Below, one piece after another: positions 1 to 13,185 of a stretch of DNA of 64,000 bases. Every line of letters begins with the position of its first letter. The stretch's first letter is position 1. Where the stretch lies: NCBI GenBank assembly GCA_012295275.1, contig CM022677.1:2108001-2172000 (forward strand). Direction: 5' to 3'. The stretch comes from Chrysomallon squamiferum (Eukaryota; Animalia; Mollusca). Made by a program: the position numbers and the translations under genes. Below the pieces are notes generated by a model. It was given only the letters and a program-made list of their open reading frames with translations. It was not told the origin of the DNA and ran no database searches.

Positions 1-360
1 TATATTTATGATTAGTAGGTGTTAAATAGACTTATTTATTTGTTTGAATTAATGAATGTAACTGACGTTTGGGAGGATTTCTAAAACTATTTATGTTTAA
101 TGTTATGGGTAGGAAAGAACATGCTGCAACTGTTTTGTCTTCAGTGTTGAAAGACTTGTGTGATTAGTACATAACTGATCAGTTTGTTTTTGTTTCATTA
201 ATACAGTTGTCACGATGGTTCTCCTTATTTGAATATTTCAGGCTGTTGGTGAGTGGGCAGCGACTCTGGACGGCATGTTGCTGTTGAACAGAGCGGCTGG
301 ACTAGCGGTCGCGCGCTGTCGTGTGGTTACACGGGTCTAGTCATGTTACATCGTCTGTTA

Positions 361-555
361 CTGTATCTTTGTGACGTAGAAAATCTTTTATAAATGGTGC
401 TAAAATGAATTATATGTCGCAGGATTTATTGTTAATATATCTTCACTGTATCTTTGACACGTAGAAAAACTTGTATAAATGGTGCTAGAATGAATTCTAC
501 GTCGCGGGATTTCTTGTTAATATATCTGACACTCTATCTTTGACACGTAGAATAA
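361..555. repeat. Tandem repeat, ~86-bp unit x ~2.2
   Basis: ctgtatctttg(t)gac(ac)gtagaaaa...taaatggtgcta.aatgaatt recurs at ~361 and ~446; a partial third copy starts at ~532. Confidence 0.8.
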
Positions 556-639
556 ATTGTGTACTAATTAGGATCTATCTACGTCTCGGTACTCATTAAA
601 TTCCCTTTTACCTGGTTGACATTGTGTGCAGTCAAAAGG

Positions 640-1400
640 TAACAACGAACTACTTCTGTACCACAGTGCATTTGTTAGCAGTAACAGTTCGCAGCTGAAA
701 TACAAAAGTTCTCGATGTGGTCGGATGACTCTTTTGGGCGATTTGATTGATTTCATGGCGCCATCCTTCCAAGTGGTTATTTGTTCGGAGACTGTCATTG
801 CCAAAGTTTTGCTACATTTCTGGAGTTCATGTTCCTTTCATCCAAGTGTCAGTGACGTAGTCCATCAGCACTGTTACCTTTCCATTCTGGGGACTGTCGG
901 CAACTGTGTCAAAACATCCTCAACTTTGTTCAGCGGGATCATCGGAAGGGCTGAAGCACGACTTGCCACCTTTTCTACATCACTGTTTTCAATATATTCT
1001 CAAGCCAATCCTATTTTTTCGAACGACGCCAACTACTCTGAGTGTACTGGGAACTAAAAACGACTGAGTCGTGTGGTGAGGAATACAGCGCGTGCAGCGT
1101 TGTGAGCAGATCTCTCAGTGTACATCTGACGTCCTAGGAGCGGAATGAAATCCTACTCGTGGCAGTTTTCTTGGATGTACTGGAATGGACGGCCGCGTGA
1201 TTGTTGCTGCATCTGTTTTGCCGTCTGCAGCATGTTGTCCACAGACACGACGTAGGTTCTGCACTGCGAGTTAACAACACATTTCCAGTCTGTTCTCTAC
1301 CCATTCTTTTTACTTACGCGAAATGTATGCTCGTTATAATACAGATCCCTGCTGCCTCGTATTGTGTCAATATAAATCACTCGAACCTGTTCAGCTGCCA
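640..1400 (-). mobile_element. Degenerate Mutator/MULE transposase: FLYWCH-like N-terminus plus C-terminal part of the catalytic region, internally deleted
   Basis: Manual minus-strand translation across stops and frameshifts gives TIRGSRDLYYNEHTFRVSKKNG*RTDWKCVVNSQC (FLYWCH-like), then YTQSSWRR..IGLA*EYIENSDVEKVASRASALPMIPLNKVEDV and DYVTDTW...RTNNHLEGWRHEINQIAQKSHP. RTNNxxEGW..HP is the hallmark of the animal MULE C-terminus. Confidence 0.85.
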
Positions 1401-1603
1401 AGAGTTTCCCATTTCGATGCAAAACTTTATACAGGAAAAAACTACAATGCGCAACAGCCTGCTCAGTGAAACACGTATAAAAATACAACCCAGTACAATA
1501 ATATTTTTAAAATAGTACAGACCATTAAGGGCGAAATAAATAAAAATAAAATTATTAAAAAAATGATGAAAAAGAAGAAATAACAATAAAAGATAACAAA
1601 ACA

Positions 1604-1654
<51 letters not shown>

Positions 1655-1899
1655 GTGCGCGCGCACGCACAAACACACACACGCAGACAGAGAAGCGTAT
1701 TTTCAACTGCTATCCCGAACAGTTATTTCGTTGGTAAAGAAAACTCAACTCGCTCTGCCTGAACAAATGGAAATGGAAAAATTTAACTTGCTAATCAGAG
1801 CGAGCTGTTGTGAGGCACGGCTACGACAGATACACTTTCTGACAGGTCATTCGTACTTACTGCTTTCTACATAGATTTGTTCTTGTTTCAAAAATATCG

Positions 1900-2635
1900 C
1901 AGGATGATTTAAGGGTTGTGTTATATCAAGTTATTGGAATTACCAATTATATAAAAAGTAGGCCACTGAATTCACGATTATTTGAATTATAAACTGTGCA
2001 AAGAGATGGACTCTCAGCATGTTCAGTTATTAATGAGGTTCGCTGGCTGTCGACAGGCAAAGTACTAAATCGTGTTCACAAACTGCACGAGGAATTACTA
2101 CCATTTTTTATCCAGGAAACGCAGCAGAAATTCTGTGAATACCTAAGATGCGAATTTTGAATGTCTAAAATGGAATACCTAACAAATATTTAGTGCACTA
2201 AATAAAACAAACAGTAGTATGCAAGGTAAAAATGAAAATATTCTCACTTCAACAGACAAGTTAGTTGCCCTCAAAAAGAAAATTGTGATTTGGAAAAAAA
2301 AGCAGTCAGTGGCAATCTTGATATGTTCCCTTTATTGCGTTCTACCTGCATTACAGAAAGGTTCCCTATTGAGCTTACTCTCTGACAGTCCTGGACGAAA
2401 GCATCAACAATTACTTTCCATCATTAAAGACAGAAAAGTATGACTGGATTAGAGATCTTTTCATAAATCATTCTTCCAACATTGAACTTGAGTTACAGTT
2501 GTATGCTCTCTATGACATGCCATGATTTTATTTTGCAAAATTCAAATATTTTTCATATATATTTAGCCAGGTGTGCCGCTTTTTTTTCATGTGTTCCAAG
2601 GTGTGCCGTTGGCAAAAACAGGTTGAGAACCACTG
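1900..2635 (+). mobile_element. 3' remnant of a Buster-type hAT transposon with its right TIR
   Basis: DDLRVVLYQVIGITNYIKSRPLNSRLFE and MQGKNENILTSTDKLVALKKKIVIWK align with the 9.5-11.3 kb transposase. It ends in the TIR ggttgagaaccactg (2621-2635), followed by ctcTAggt (Buster NNNTANNN target). Confidence 0.9.
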
Positions 2636-3026
2636 CTCTAGGTGATAATTAATTCCGCAGTTCCCAGGCTTCAGATCCAAAAGACACAGCAAGGGACATT
2701 TACAAGTGGAAGATTCTTCTATCACACTGAAACACAAATGTGTTCAAAGTTTTTAGAAGAGATGTTTATTGCATTCGTAACAGTTCATTCAAATTTATCT
2801 TAAAACTGCATTAATAATGAATAACGAGGCAACAACAGAAATAGAAAAAAATATTATTTATTTTTAAAAATATTAACATTTGTAATTATAACATCTGAAT
2901 AACAAGTGTATATTTAAAATCTGGTAGTAAAACTCAGCTGCCTGAAATAAATATAATCTTTCAATTAACAAGAAAAATGACTAAAACAGATAGTCATAGA
3001 ATTTTATGTTGTTGTTTTTTTGATAG

Positions 3027-3116
<90 letters not shown>

Positions 3117-3145
3117 AATATAAGAAAATATATGAAACAGAAATA

Positions 3146-3872
3146 TAAAATGTGATTAGACTATATTTTTACAATAATAATATCAGCTCAAAATTTGTAT
3201 TGTTAGAACATTTAATAAGACAACAAAAAATATACAGTATCTCTTTAGAAAATAATATTTAATTTGTACTATTTTTATATAAATAAATAATTAAATAAAT
3301 ACATCTACATTGTTTAACCAGTCAGATGGTTAAACTAATGATTCAGGGCACCTGACATCGTGTTCAAAATATTAAAATTTGAATCTTTTTTTGAATTAGG
3401 TCAATAAAATTGATTATTTGCAATAAAAAGAAAAGAAGAGAAAAGAAATCGCTCATAACTGGTCCTGCTGAGGCAAACTTTTTTGTGCAACAACATTTGA
3501 ATCGGGTCCGACGTTTTATTTTATTTTTTTATTTTTTTGTCAATTTTCGCTCGAGTTTTGTGACGTCAGTTAAGCGCTGTGAAGACTGGCGTTCCTACAC
3601 AAAGTAGCTGAAAGTTTCGTAAACAAACTGAAGGGAACTCGCGTTCTTAAAATCATTTAAAGTCACTTCATCTGCTGAAACTGATAATTTAAAAAGTAAG
3701 AGTTTCTTCACCATGTATGTGATACAGGATCCTTGTCTTCCTCTTCCTGGAGTATCTGCTACTTTCATAAAGGTTTTGAGAAACTATCGCAAAAAGAGCG
3801 TCCGAAAATTTTGAGCTACAGTATATATCAGTAGACTGTCTAATCATCTATGTGATCTCTCTGCCTACAGTA
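3146..3872 (+). repeat. Diverged segmental repeat, copy of 13186-13782; possible promoter plus non-coding first exon
   Basis: Shared blocks: gggcacctgacatcgt, ctcgagttttgTGACGTCA, aaagtcacttcatctgctgaaactg, ggagtatctgcta, cctacagtag. Donor-like GTAAGA at 3696 corresponds to GTAACA at 13610. Confidence 0.75.
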
Positions 3873-4297
3873 GTCATATAATTTGTTTATAATGATGTGT
3901 ATATTAAACACTAAACTTTTGGTTTTGTTAATAAACTATATTTATATTTAAATATTTTAAATTATACAGAAAATAATATATAAAAATGTTCCATACTATT
4001 TTTTTTTATAATCTTTGTTTTTTTATATACATTTAACTCTCTCTCTCATAACATTTACCTATAGCTAAAAAATATAAATACATCAGAATAATTAATTATG
4101 CAAGTTCAACTGTATACAAACCTCTGAATTACTAATTATTCTGTTTCATTCTGATCATTCTGTTTAGTGCCTTTAATCAAACATTATTTCATTTACCTAG
4201 TATTTCCTACAGGACTTTATTTAATTCATAACCGTGGAGTCACTATTTCCATGACAGAAAAAAACAGAAGCTTGCTCTGTTTTATTTCTCTTGTTTT

Positions 4298-4339
<42 letters not shown>

Positions 4340-5855
4340 TTTTTTTTTTTTTTTTTTATAATTGCCTTTTATTTACCTATTTACTTTTTAATTATTATTA
4401 TTATTTTTGTTTTTGTAACAAGAGTATTTTTTATTTGTTTTTTTTTGAATATATTATCTTATATTTTATGTTCACTAGCTTTGTCTATATATTTTGCTTG
4501 AGAAATATTTATTAGTTCAGCAGGGTTTTTTTTTTACATAATAAATATTTTGTATAATTCTCTGTCAAGATTATATATATTTATATACGTAACAGTGATT
4601 TAGAAAAATTCAATATAATCCTCCATAATGTATAATAATAGTTGTATAATCGTGTAAATATAATTATAAATATTTGAAAGAGATTATAATTTTAGTTTAG
4701 AATATAGTTTATTTTTCTGTATGGCTATCAAATGTATGTTTGTACAAGAAAAATAATTATTCTTAATATGCTTTTTCTTTCAGTTGTTGGTGTGTGAGTT
4801 CATGTGTGTGTGTGTGTTTGTGTTTGTTTGCAGGAGCTGATGTGAGGTGATACAATTTTGGATATTATAAACAGAAATTTGTTTAAATACTAAAAAGAAG
4901 AAATGAAACTTTTGTACACAAAATAGTTTTTTCTTTTAGTATATATATATTTTTTATACAGTTTTTATTGCTAGTCCATGATGTGTACAGTTTACCATTG
5001 TTCTGTTTTTTTATATATGTAGCATGTATATAAAATATAAATTTATATTTATAGACAGAAAATATGCCAGAGGTTTATAAACTTTTATTTTATTTTGTTT
5101 AGTTATATGATAATGTTGACACATATATATATTTTTTCTTAAAATAAGCCTCATTTTTGATATTTTTATTTTATAAAGAAATAAAAGTAACTTCTTCATA
5201 GATTATTTTTTACTCAGAAAATAATACAAAGAGAAAAATAATTAAACTTTCACTTACAGAAAAGAGATCCTGTTTATAATTTCATCTGCAAACCATCCAG
5301 AAATAATTGTTTATTTCCTTTCTTACTTTAGTTTTTCTTTCAGGTACATTTTGATTCACTTCGTAATTAACAGTGAATTCAGACATGTAAAATTTTAAAT
5401 TGTTATAAAGAAAAAACAAAGTCAGTAGTAGATATTGGCAAATTGTGGAATTAAGGAGAAGAAAAAAATGTACTTTTGATAGCTTGTTTTCCTTCTTAAG
5501 TAAATATTGTTAAAATTGATAAAAATTAAGCATTAGGTACAAATGGGGAATAATTTGAGAGAAAATGAAGGTGTGTGTGTGTGTGTCTGTACATGTACGA
5601 GTTATTCTGTGTTTGCATATTGTGTATATGTATCATGCGTGAAGATAAGTTATTGCTGGTGTGTGTATGTCTGTCTATGTGAATGAGTATACGTGACAAG
5701 TTTAAAACATGACTGTGTATGTCTTTATGTTTGCATATTAGCACATGCATGTGGGATTGTGTATTTTATGACTGTATGAAAGTGGGGGATGTGTATGTTT
5801 TTGTTCATGTGCCCGTGTATAAAGATTTATGTATATAATCTGTTTATGTTTGTAG

Positions 5856-7131
5856 CCAGTATACCAGTATACCTCGACAGCGTGAAACAGTACAAACTAA
5901 TAGCTACTCTACCAGTGCATAAAGCTTTTGTAAACAGAAGAGAACCAAATAATTTTGATTGTGTTGCTTTGTCTCCTCTCTACTTTAGTTTTACCCACCT
6001 CTGTTTGAACAAAACAAAACAAATAATCATTTATTTTCAAATTCTGCAACTTTGAAAGTTTATCCAGGACCTGATGCATCGAAAATCACCGTAACTGAAA
6101 TTTCATTCATGTTAAAGGGAAGATCAGAAGGTTACACAGATGCTGATATTGGGTCAGTCTTCAGTCTAAAAATCAAACCAGTGACCTCATTTGTAAAATT
6201 ACAGGTTTCATACAGAGACAGAAACAAAAATTTAACTGCGCTCAAAGAAACTGGTTTACAACCCGGGAAAACTGACGTCGATTGGCAAATCCCAAACCTT
6301 TCTTGGATCGAACACAACTGAAATCTGATCAAAATTTCATTATCCGCACAGGATGTATTTTCCATTTGTATGGAAGAAATAAAATTGGTAAGAAAACCTA
6401 TAAAACCTGAAAAATATTTTCCTATATACACCAGTAACGAGTTCACTGTTATAGGTGTTGATGTAGACTTTTGGTGGAGACATCCGGAAACCATGAAAGT
6501 ATATGTAAAAAATACTGACAAGCTTTATAGAAAAGTAGACTATTTTAAAATAATTCTTCCAGTTCCTTGGTCAGAGGGTTACAGTGAGACACTTGTTATT
6601 TATCAAGATGGAAACGTACGCCTGCTGCCTCTCCCTCCTGCAGGATTAGACTGGATTCCGTTTGGAACATCAGTTGTGGTTGGAACATGTGATGTTGACC
6701 TGATCAGACCTGCTGCTCCCATTGATCAAGTGGATATCGACGTCGATAAACGAGAGCTGAAGATTCTTTACAGAAATGGAGAAAAAGCAAAGCTGACGTT
6801 GATTTCGAAAGTGGACAGAACGGAACTCGTTGTTTCTGATCTCATATTTAAACAGTCCAGTAAGGGATTTCCATTTGCCACATTCCGATCAATGTACGTC
6901 GACGAGGGCAACACAGACAGCGACAGCATCATGGTGGACAGCTCCAGCGTGTTCGGCGTCATGGAGAACCTGAATGGTGTACATGGAAAAACGTTTACAC
7001 TTTTCAGAAGATGCGAATCCAAACATCTGACTCTCAGTCCGGATATCCATCTGGAAGTATTGCGCACGCGCTACTCAGTATTGTTGTCAGGTAATCAGTC
7101 AGTTTTAAATAACATGACAGTTCACATGTAA
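5856..7131 (+). pseudogene. Large terminal exon (~425 codons) of an uncharacterised protein, with one frameshift (~5990) and one in-frame TGA (6319-6321)
   Basis: Acceptor tttatgtttgtag ends at ~5855. ORFs 6052-6321 and 6370-7131 share a frame and are separated only by a TGA. The upstream ORF joins through a 1-nt shift in a T run. The translation looks like a real globular protein (ETLVIYQDGNVRLLPLPPAGLDWIPFGTSVVVG; FATFRSMYVDEGNTDSD; CESKHLTLSPDI). AATAAA at 7217. Confidence 0.75.
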
Positions 7132-7637
7132 AACCTGTTAGCGCTTATGTTTATAATTATATTAAGTTTCAGATTTCCAGTTCACAATCTTATGTGTGAA
7201 ACAATTTCTTTTCTGAAATAAAACAAGTTTATTTTTGCATTCAGCTGTCCTAGATTAAGCTTACATTTAGCATTAATTTGTACTAGATATAAGATTTTAG
7301 AAAAAGAGATTGCGTTGGGCATAACAAAAAATAGAAATGATAATAATAATGTTTCCTTATTGAGTAATGTTTTACTTTCTCAGTGGTAACAAGTCTCCTA
7401 GCACATTCATGATTTGTTCACCGTTGCAAACAAGCTTCAAACATTGATGTTTTGGGATATTTATTCAGAATATCTAAACAAATGAAAACAATTATTAAAA
7501 TTTGAAAGTTTCCCCAAAACAAAGATTCTTGTCTTTATAACACTGTTTAATAACACTAATTACCATAGTCAAGTCATTGATCATTATCAGAATTGCTAAA
7601 GCAAGTTCATTTACACTCATAAACAGCTTTTTTTATG

Positions 7638-7990
7638 GTATCAGGTCAACTGCCCCCTGGACACTGCCCATAAGGACAACTGCCCCCATTTTTCTTCAAA
7701 TATACCTTTCAAAGTTATTTTTAAGCAACATTCCAATAAATTAGTCAAAGCTACCTAGAGTCAGCTAATTACTAATTAAACTTGATCAGAGGCATTTGAA
7801 TTACTTTGATCTGCTAAAACGTCTGCTGAAACATATTATTGTTGCAATACTGATGAAGATTTTGCTTTACTGATCCGTCAGCTGGAATTGCATTCGTTCC
7901 AGTGCATGAAGTGACGGCAGCTTTTGAAGCACTATCAGAAGATGATGACCATAACCATTACAAATACTTGAGGACAACTTCATCGGTTTA
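7638..7990 (+). mobile_element. Short MULE remnant with terminal repeat motif
   Basis: Repeated (gg)acaactgcccc motifs at 7645-7688. Translation FALLIRQL/AGIAFVPVHEVTAAFEAL...EDNFIG matches the MULE LAFVP..V..AF..L...YFEDNFIG region. Confidence 0.65.
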
Positions 7991-8947
7991 AAGTAAGTGC
8001 TACCAAGATAGCTTAAGATGACTGCCTCCTATTGGGAGCTTTCGTTAGCAGTGGCAACTGTATGGTCGGTCATGTGACATTACCACATATGACAATTGCA
8101 GCCTGTTATTTAAGGGAGGACATAGCAAAGATTGCACTTAGGTCTTGGACACTGCAGGACCTTAAACACTTCTAGAGAAGGTGGCGACGCTGGTGTTGTT
8201 TGTTTTGTGTTCTTTTGGGGGTTTTTCGTACTGGCTTCATATTTTTTGTTCTCCAACTCTAGAATTTTTATTATGATTTGTTTTATGACTCTGTTTCTCC
8301 TCCTTGGAGATGCACAGTTACCATATTGTAAATGTTAACATTGCTGTAGCAGAAATTACCTAATATTAAAGCCCTTTGTTTAGACAGTCATATATATTAC
8401 GAATATATATTATACGTACAGCTGGTTAAGAGATCCGCTTGCTTCCCCTCACCGCCCAGTTACATTCTCGTGGCAGAAGTGGGATTTTAAGTCAATTAGG
8501 ACTGAACCCGGACATTTAGAAATTAAGTGAAAGACGGCCAATGGGCTCACGTGACCAGGCATAGACAAGATTTGATGTTGACGATTATGCGAGACTACAT
8601 GGTTGACGTCACGAGATTCCCAACTGAAGGGGCTTACCAAATTGATCCAAGAACATTTACATTTTTTTTTTTCACATGAATATTGGATTAATAATAATTA
8701 AAAAAAAAAAATAATAACATGTTTATGTAACTAAGATATACAGTATACAGTATATTAAGTTCAGTGTATGTTATAACCATTGGTAAACATTTCTTCAGGT
8801 CTACCTGTAGTTGGGATTGTGTAAAATATTATTTTATATTCCAGTGAATAATAGTTTATAAGTTAATATGGAGCTTTTGGAGAAATAAATAACTAAAAAC
8901 ATGTTCATTTCAGACAATTGCAGTACTTTCCGATTCTATGAATGAGT

Positions 8948-9285
8948 TTGGAAAAATCACGTTCTTTATAAATAATATGTCATAAGCCGTGAATTGTAAC
9001 TGGAAGTGGGAGGAATTTTCTCCGAGAACTAAAAATGTTGTCGATTAGCGTTATCTCCCTTTCGTGATATGTGTTCACAAACATAGATTAGAGTTATCTC
9101 CCTTTAGTGATATGTGTTCACAAACATATGTTAGAGTTATGTCCCTTACGTGAGATGTACTCACTAAGCTTACATAAGCTAATTATCCCTACGGGATAAA
9201 TGGAACCTCCAAAAACGCCGTACCGCCGAGATTCGATCCACGATACTGGAAAAATCACGTTCTTTATATATAATATGACATAACC
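8948..9285. repeat. ~300-bp direct-repeat unit containing a 43-bp tandem x3 (agttatctccctt core)
   Basis: tggaaaaatcacgttctttata.ataatatg.cataa occurs at ~8950 and ~9247. gttatctcccttt.gtgatatgtgttcacaaacata is repeated over 9050-9165. Confidence 0.75.
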
Positions 9286-12222
9286 CAGTGTTTCTCAACC
9301 TTTTTTTACTCTCGACATACCTACGAGCGCATGAAATTGTCGCGACACAGTAATAATTTTGAATAATTTTAAATATGAAATCGTAAAATAAATTAAAAAA
9401 TACATATATGGACTTGTCTGATACAGTTTATTATGTTAGTATCCCAGAATTGCCACTTCCCTAGTGTGAAACTTGTGCCTGGTGTTGTCTTATGACTTCT
9501 TGAATATTTGGTCGTATGTGCGGTAAGCAAACTCTCATTTCTTCTTCAGTGGAACGTAGTCTTTCTCTCTTCTTTTTTTTATATTATTTAAGGTTGAAAA
9601 GCCCAATTCACACAAATAAGGAGTAGAGAATTGTAAAAGAACAGGGCTTTTTCAGCTAATGCGGGAAATTCCTTTTGTATTGAAATCCAAAATGTGTCGA
9701 TATCAACCTCAGAATGCTTTACTTTAAGACTGCGGTCACTTGAAATGGTAGCCAATTCTTCTTCTTCGCATAATTTAAACCCAATATTAGAAGGAACATC
9801 TACAAAAGGATTACGAACCCAGTCGTACTTTTCAGTGTTCAGCGACGGAAAGTAGTGGTCGATGTTTTCTTCGAGCGCTGTCAGATGCTCAACCACGATA
9901 GGGATCATTTCTTTAGTGCAGTTAGTACGCATTGTAGGAAACATATCAAACTCACCCAACTTTGCTCTGTTTTTCCAAATAACAATTTTCTTTTTAAGGG
10001 CAACCAACTTATCTGTCGAAGTTAGAATATTGTCGTTTCGACCTTGCATACTACTGTTCACAATATTAAGTTGACCAAATATTTCCGTTAAATATTCCAT
10101 TTTGGCCATCCAAAATTCACATCGAAGATATTTACAAAATCTTTCGTGCTTTTCTTTATCAAAAAATACTATTAATTCCTTCTGTAATTCATGAACGCGA
10201 GTTAACACTTTACCTTTTGACAGCCATCGAACGTCGGTATGCATGAGTAAGCGAACATGTTGAGAATCCATTGATTTGCATAGTTCTTCGAATAATCTCG
10301 ACTTTATTGGCCTGCTTTTAATGTAATTGACAATTTCAACTACTTGATGTAATACTTGCTTCAAATCTTCTTGTGATACTTTTGAAACTAAAACTTTTCT
10401 ATGTAAAAAGCAATGAGTACGAACAAGATTTGGATTTTCTTTCTGTGCTAGTGATGCAAAACCTTTAATGCAGCCTACCATAATGGTGCACCATCAGTAC
10501 AAATACCAACACAAAACTTCCACGTCAAATTCATTTTTTTATGATAGCCAGTTATCATATCAAAAATATCTTGACCTCTAGTAGTTGTTGGCATTTCTTT
10601 ACAACACAAAAATTGACTGATTATTTCATCATCATTAATGAAACGAACAAATACAAGCAATTGAGCACTGTTACTGATATCGGTCGATTCATCAACTATT
10701 AAAGCAAATTCAGATCCTTCAAGTTTTTTCTGAACATTAGTTTCAATGTTTTCAGATAAATCTACAATTCTCCTGTGTATTGTATCATTTGAAAGCGGAA
10801 TTTTACTAATTTCTTTTTCTGCTGTTTCACCTAACATGGATTTCACCATCTTTTTACAAGCGGGAAGGATAACTGACTCAGCAAGAGTGTGGGATTTGGA
10901 TTTCATTGCTATTATTTCAGCTACCTCAAGTGAAGCGAGTTGAGCCCGTTCAGACACGGTCATTGTTTTCTGAAAAACATTGCGTTGCTTTGATTGCTGT
11001 TGTAACAGTCTTTGAAAATAATTCAGATCTTTATCTTGTACGTAGGAATGTTTAGTCGTGAAATGTCTTTGTAATTTATTTGGTACCATGATTCATTGGC
11101 CATTTTTTCCCCACAAACTATACATAATGGACATGGTTGAGCAACATCTCCTGACCAAGAAAATCCAAACTTCAAATAATCATCAAAATACAGTCTATTA
11201 TGGTGAACTTTTGCCTTTTTTGTGCTGGATTTTGTGGGCTTCATTTTATGTTCTGTTTCAACCTCACACCCGTCACTAACATCCTTCCTTTTAACAAATT
11301 TATCCATTGTGAAGGGGTATACACGCGCGTACTCTAACCAACAACAGTAAACAACAGGCAGTGTTAAACTGATCCGTGTGTCAACGGTCAACCTCCTGTG
11401 TCAAACTGGAACATTAAGTAGTGTTCAAATTTTTTTTTCACTCAATCACCTTCTGAAATATATAGTAAAACCTAACCTTTATTCTACCAATGCAATAACA
11501 AAAACTGAATATCCTTATTTAATTAATTCACCATATGATTTAACTCAAGTATTGCGAGCTAAAAACAATAGTTTGAAAGTACGTGAACAACACTGATTCT
11601 GAGCTAAACAAATTGAAAAATATGCAAGCACAGAAAACAGCGTTCAGTTCTAGTTATGATTAGTCATAAACTAATTTAGTTTAAATTCATCTGTAATTTA
11701 GAGGTCAAAATTGAGTGTGCAGTACGAACGAGTTCGATGTAAGTAAATAGTAAACACTGTTAACTGAACAGATTTGCCGTGATGACAGATTTGCATTTGC
11801 AAAGTCTGTTCTAACTAGCATAATTTCTTAACTAAATACACCTAGTTATCTACATCTCTTTACTAATAAGTGTTTAAGAATGACAATAATTTAAAACACA
11901 ACGAAGTTAATTCGGCAATCGGCATTACGCACGCGCACACACGACCAGTGTGAAACAACACCACACACACAACCTATCACACTGACGTCTCATGGGCAAC
12001 TGGTCGACCTTGAGCGAAAGGTGCAAAGGTTGGTGGCGGCCACTGATTGGTGGACTTTGAATGTGTGCATATTCACTGGAGAAAGGAAGTTCCTTCCTCC
12101 AAGGCATATTAGTAGAACATGAAACGGAGATTTATGCACACTGTCCGTGTTTTCAGGTGTTCGTCACAAAGTTTAGCGACACACCTGAGGGAGCCTCGCG
12201 ACACGGCGGTTGAGAATCACTG
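9286..12222 (-). mobile_element. Near full-length Buster/SPIN-like hAT DNA transposon (~2.9 kb)
   Basis: TIRs cagtgtttctcaacc (9286-9300) and ggttgagaatcactg (12208-12222). Left flank acaTAacc fits the Buster target consensus. Internal transposase present. Confidence 0.93.
9461..11307 (-). pseudogene. Buster-type hAT transposase (ZBED5/ZBED8/SCAND3/FAM200-like), ~615 aa, three frameshifts
   Basis: MDKFVKRK..YLKFGF..PLCIVCGE (BED finger)..MVPNKLQRHFTTKH; IPLSNDTI; FALIVDESTD; CTDGAP; THCFLH; HTDVRWLSKG; ends FSTPYLCELGFS...RVCL...QAQVSH*. Frameshifts at ~11090, ~10480 and ~9640; no internal in-frame stops seen. Confidence 0.93.
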
Positions 12223-12399
12223 TTTTGCTGTATATAAATAAGACTTTTGAACATAAATTTCATGTAATAATTAAATGTAGATCAATAAATATCAGAATAA
12301 ACTGATGTATAACCAAATTCACTGATACTGTGTAATATTATTTCTTGCCAAAGAAAAAGAAACGGAGATATACGAGAAAGAGAAAAAGAAATAATAATA

Positions 12400-12469
12400 T
12401 GAAAATAATAGTAATAATAACTTTAATAACCCTTATAAAAATAAAATAACAACAGCAACAATAAAAACA

Positions 12470-12508
<39 letters not shown>

Positions 12509-12540
12509 GTAACAATAATAATAATAATAATAATAATAAC

Positions 12541-12574
<34 letters not shown>

Positions 12575-12690
12575 AACAATAATAATAATATTGATTATAA
12601 TGATAAAAACAATAGTAATACAATTCTACTACTACTACTACTGCTACTACTACTACTACTACTACTAATAATAATAGTAATAACAGTGGT
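12400..12690. repeat. (AAT)n/(ACT)n microsatellite tract
   Basis: Direct inspection. Confidence 0.9.
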
Positions 12691-12869
12691 AAAACAAAAA
12701 ACATCTCTTATACCACATTTTTAAAGAAAGGTTCAATTGTTTTGTTTTTGACCTGCCATTTGACATCCAAAGTATTACTTTTTTTCCAGTCAGAGTATGA
12801 AGACGTTCACTAAAATGTAAAAATAAAAGAAATTAAAATGAAATATGAATGAAATGTTGAATAAAAGAA

Positions 12870-12930
12870 GACACACTCACATTTTTAACCATGCTGTTAT
12901 GGTTAATCTATAAACTAACAGGCTCAGAGA

Positions 12931-12967
<37 letters not shown>

Positions 12968-13092
12968 TTTTTAACAATGCTGTTATGGTTAATCTATAAA
13001 CTAACAGGCTCAGAGATCACACACACACACACACACACATTTTTAACAATGCTGTTATGGTTAATCTATAAACTAACAGGCTCAGAGATCAC
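12870..13092. repeat. Minisatellite x3: ~55-bp core separated by variable (CA)n
   Basis: catttttaac(c/a)atgctgttatggttaatctataaactaacaggctcagagatcac occurs three times. Confidence 0.9.
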
Positions 13093-13185
13093 GTCCTGGC
13101 CTCAGCTTATATTCAGAATTAATTATAGTAATGTAAAATTACTAAGCTGTCTGTTGAATATACTAACACTAGTTTGAGAAAATAT

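Noticed and set aside
626-1057. 143-aa plus-strand ORF
   Set aside because: Antisense shadow of the MULE transposase relic.
6319-7460. In-frame TGA as selenocysteine, with a SECIS near 7409
   Set aside because: No convincing SECIS stem; the ATGA..AAA..GA candidate lies beyond the poly(A) signal and pairs poorly; the context is not a redox motif; the exon also has a frameshift.
8530-8615. CCAAT + CACGTG + TGACGTCA cluster as an ER-stress promoter
   Set aside because: The spacing does not fit ERSE (CCAAT-N9-CCACG) and no linked gene start is evident.
1900-12222. Composite transposon of two opposed Buster copies carrying the 5.9-7.1 kb gene
   Set aside because: The copies are clearly diverged, the first lacks a visible left end, and there is no shared TSD.
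12870-13092. Repeat-spacer appearance (also 61551-62105 and 50390-53690) suggesting a CRISPR array
   Set aside because: The spacers are only (CA)n length variants, the context is eukaryotic, and there are no cas genes.
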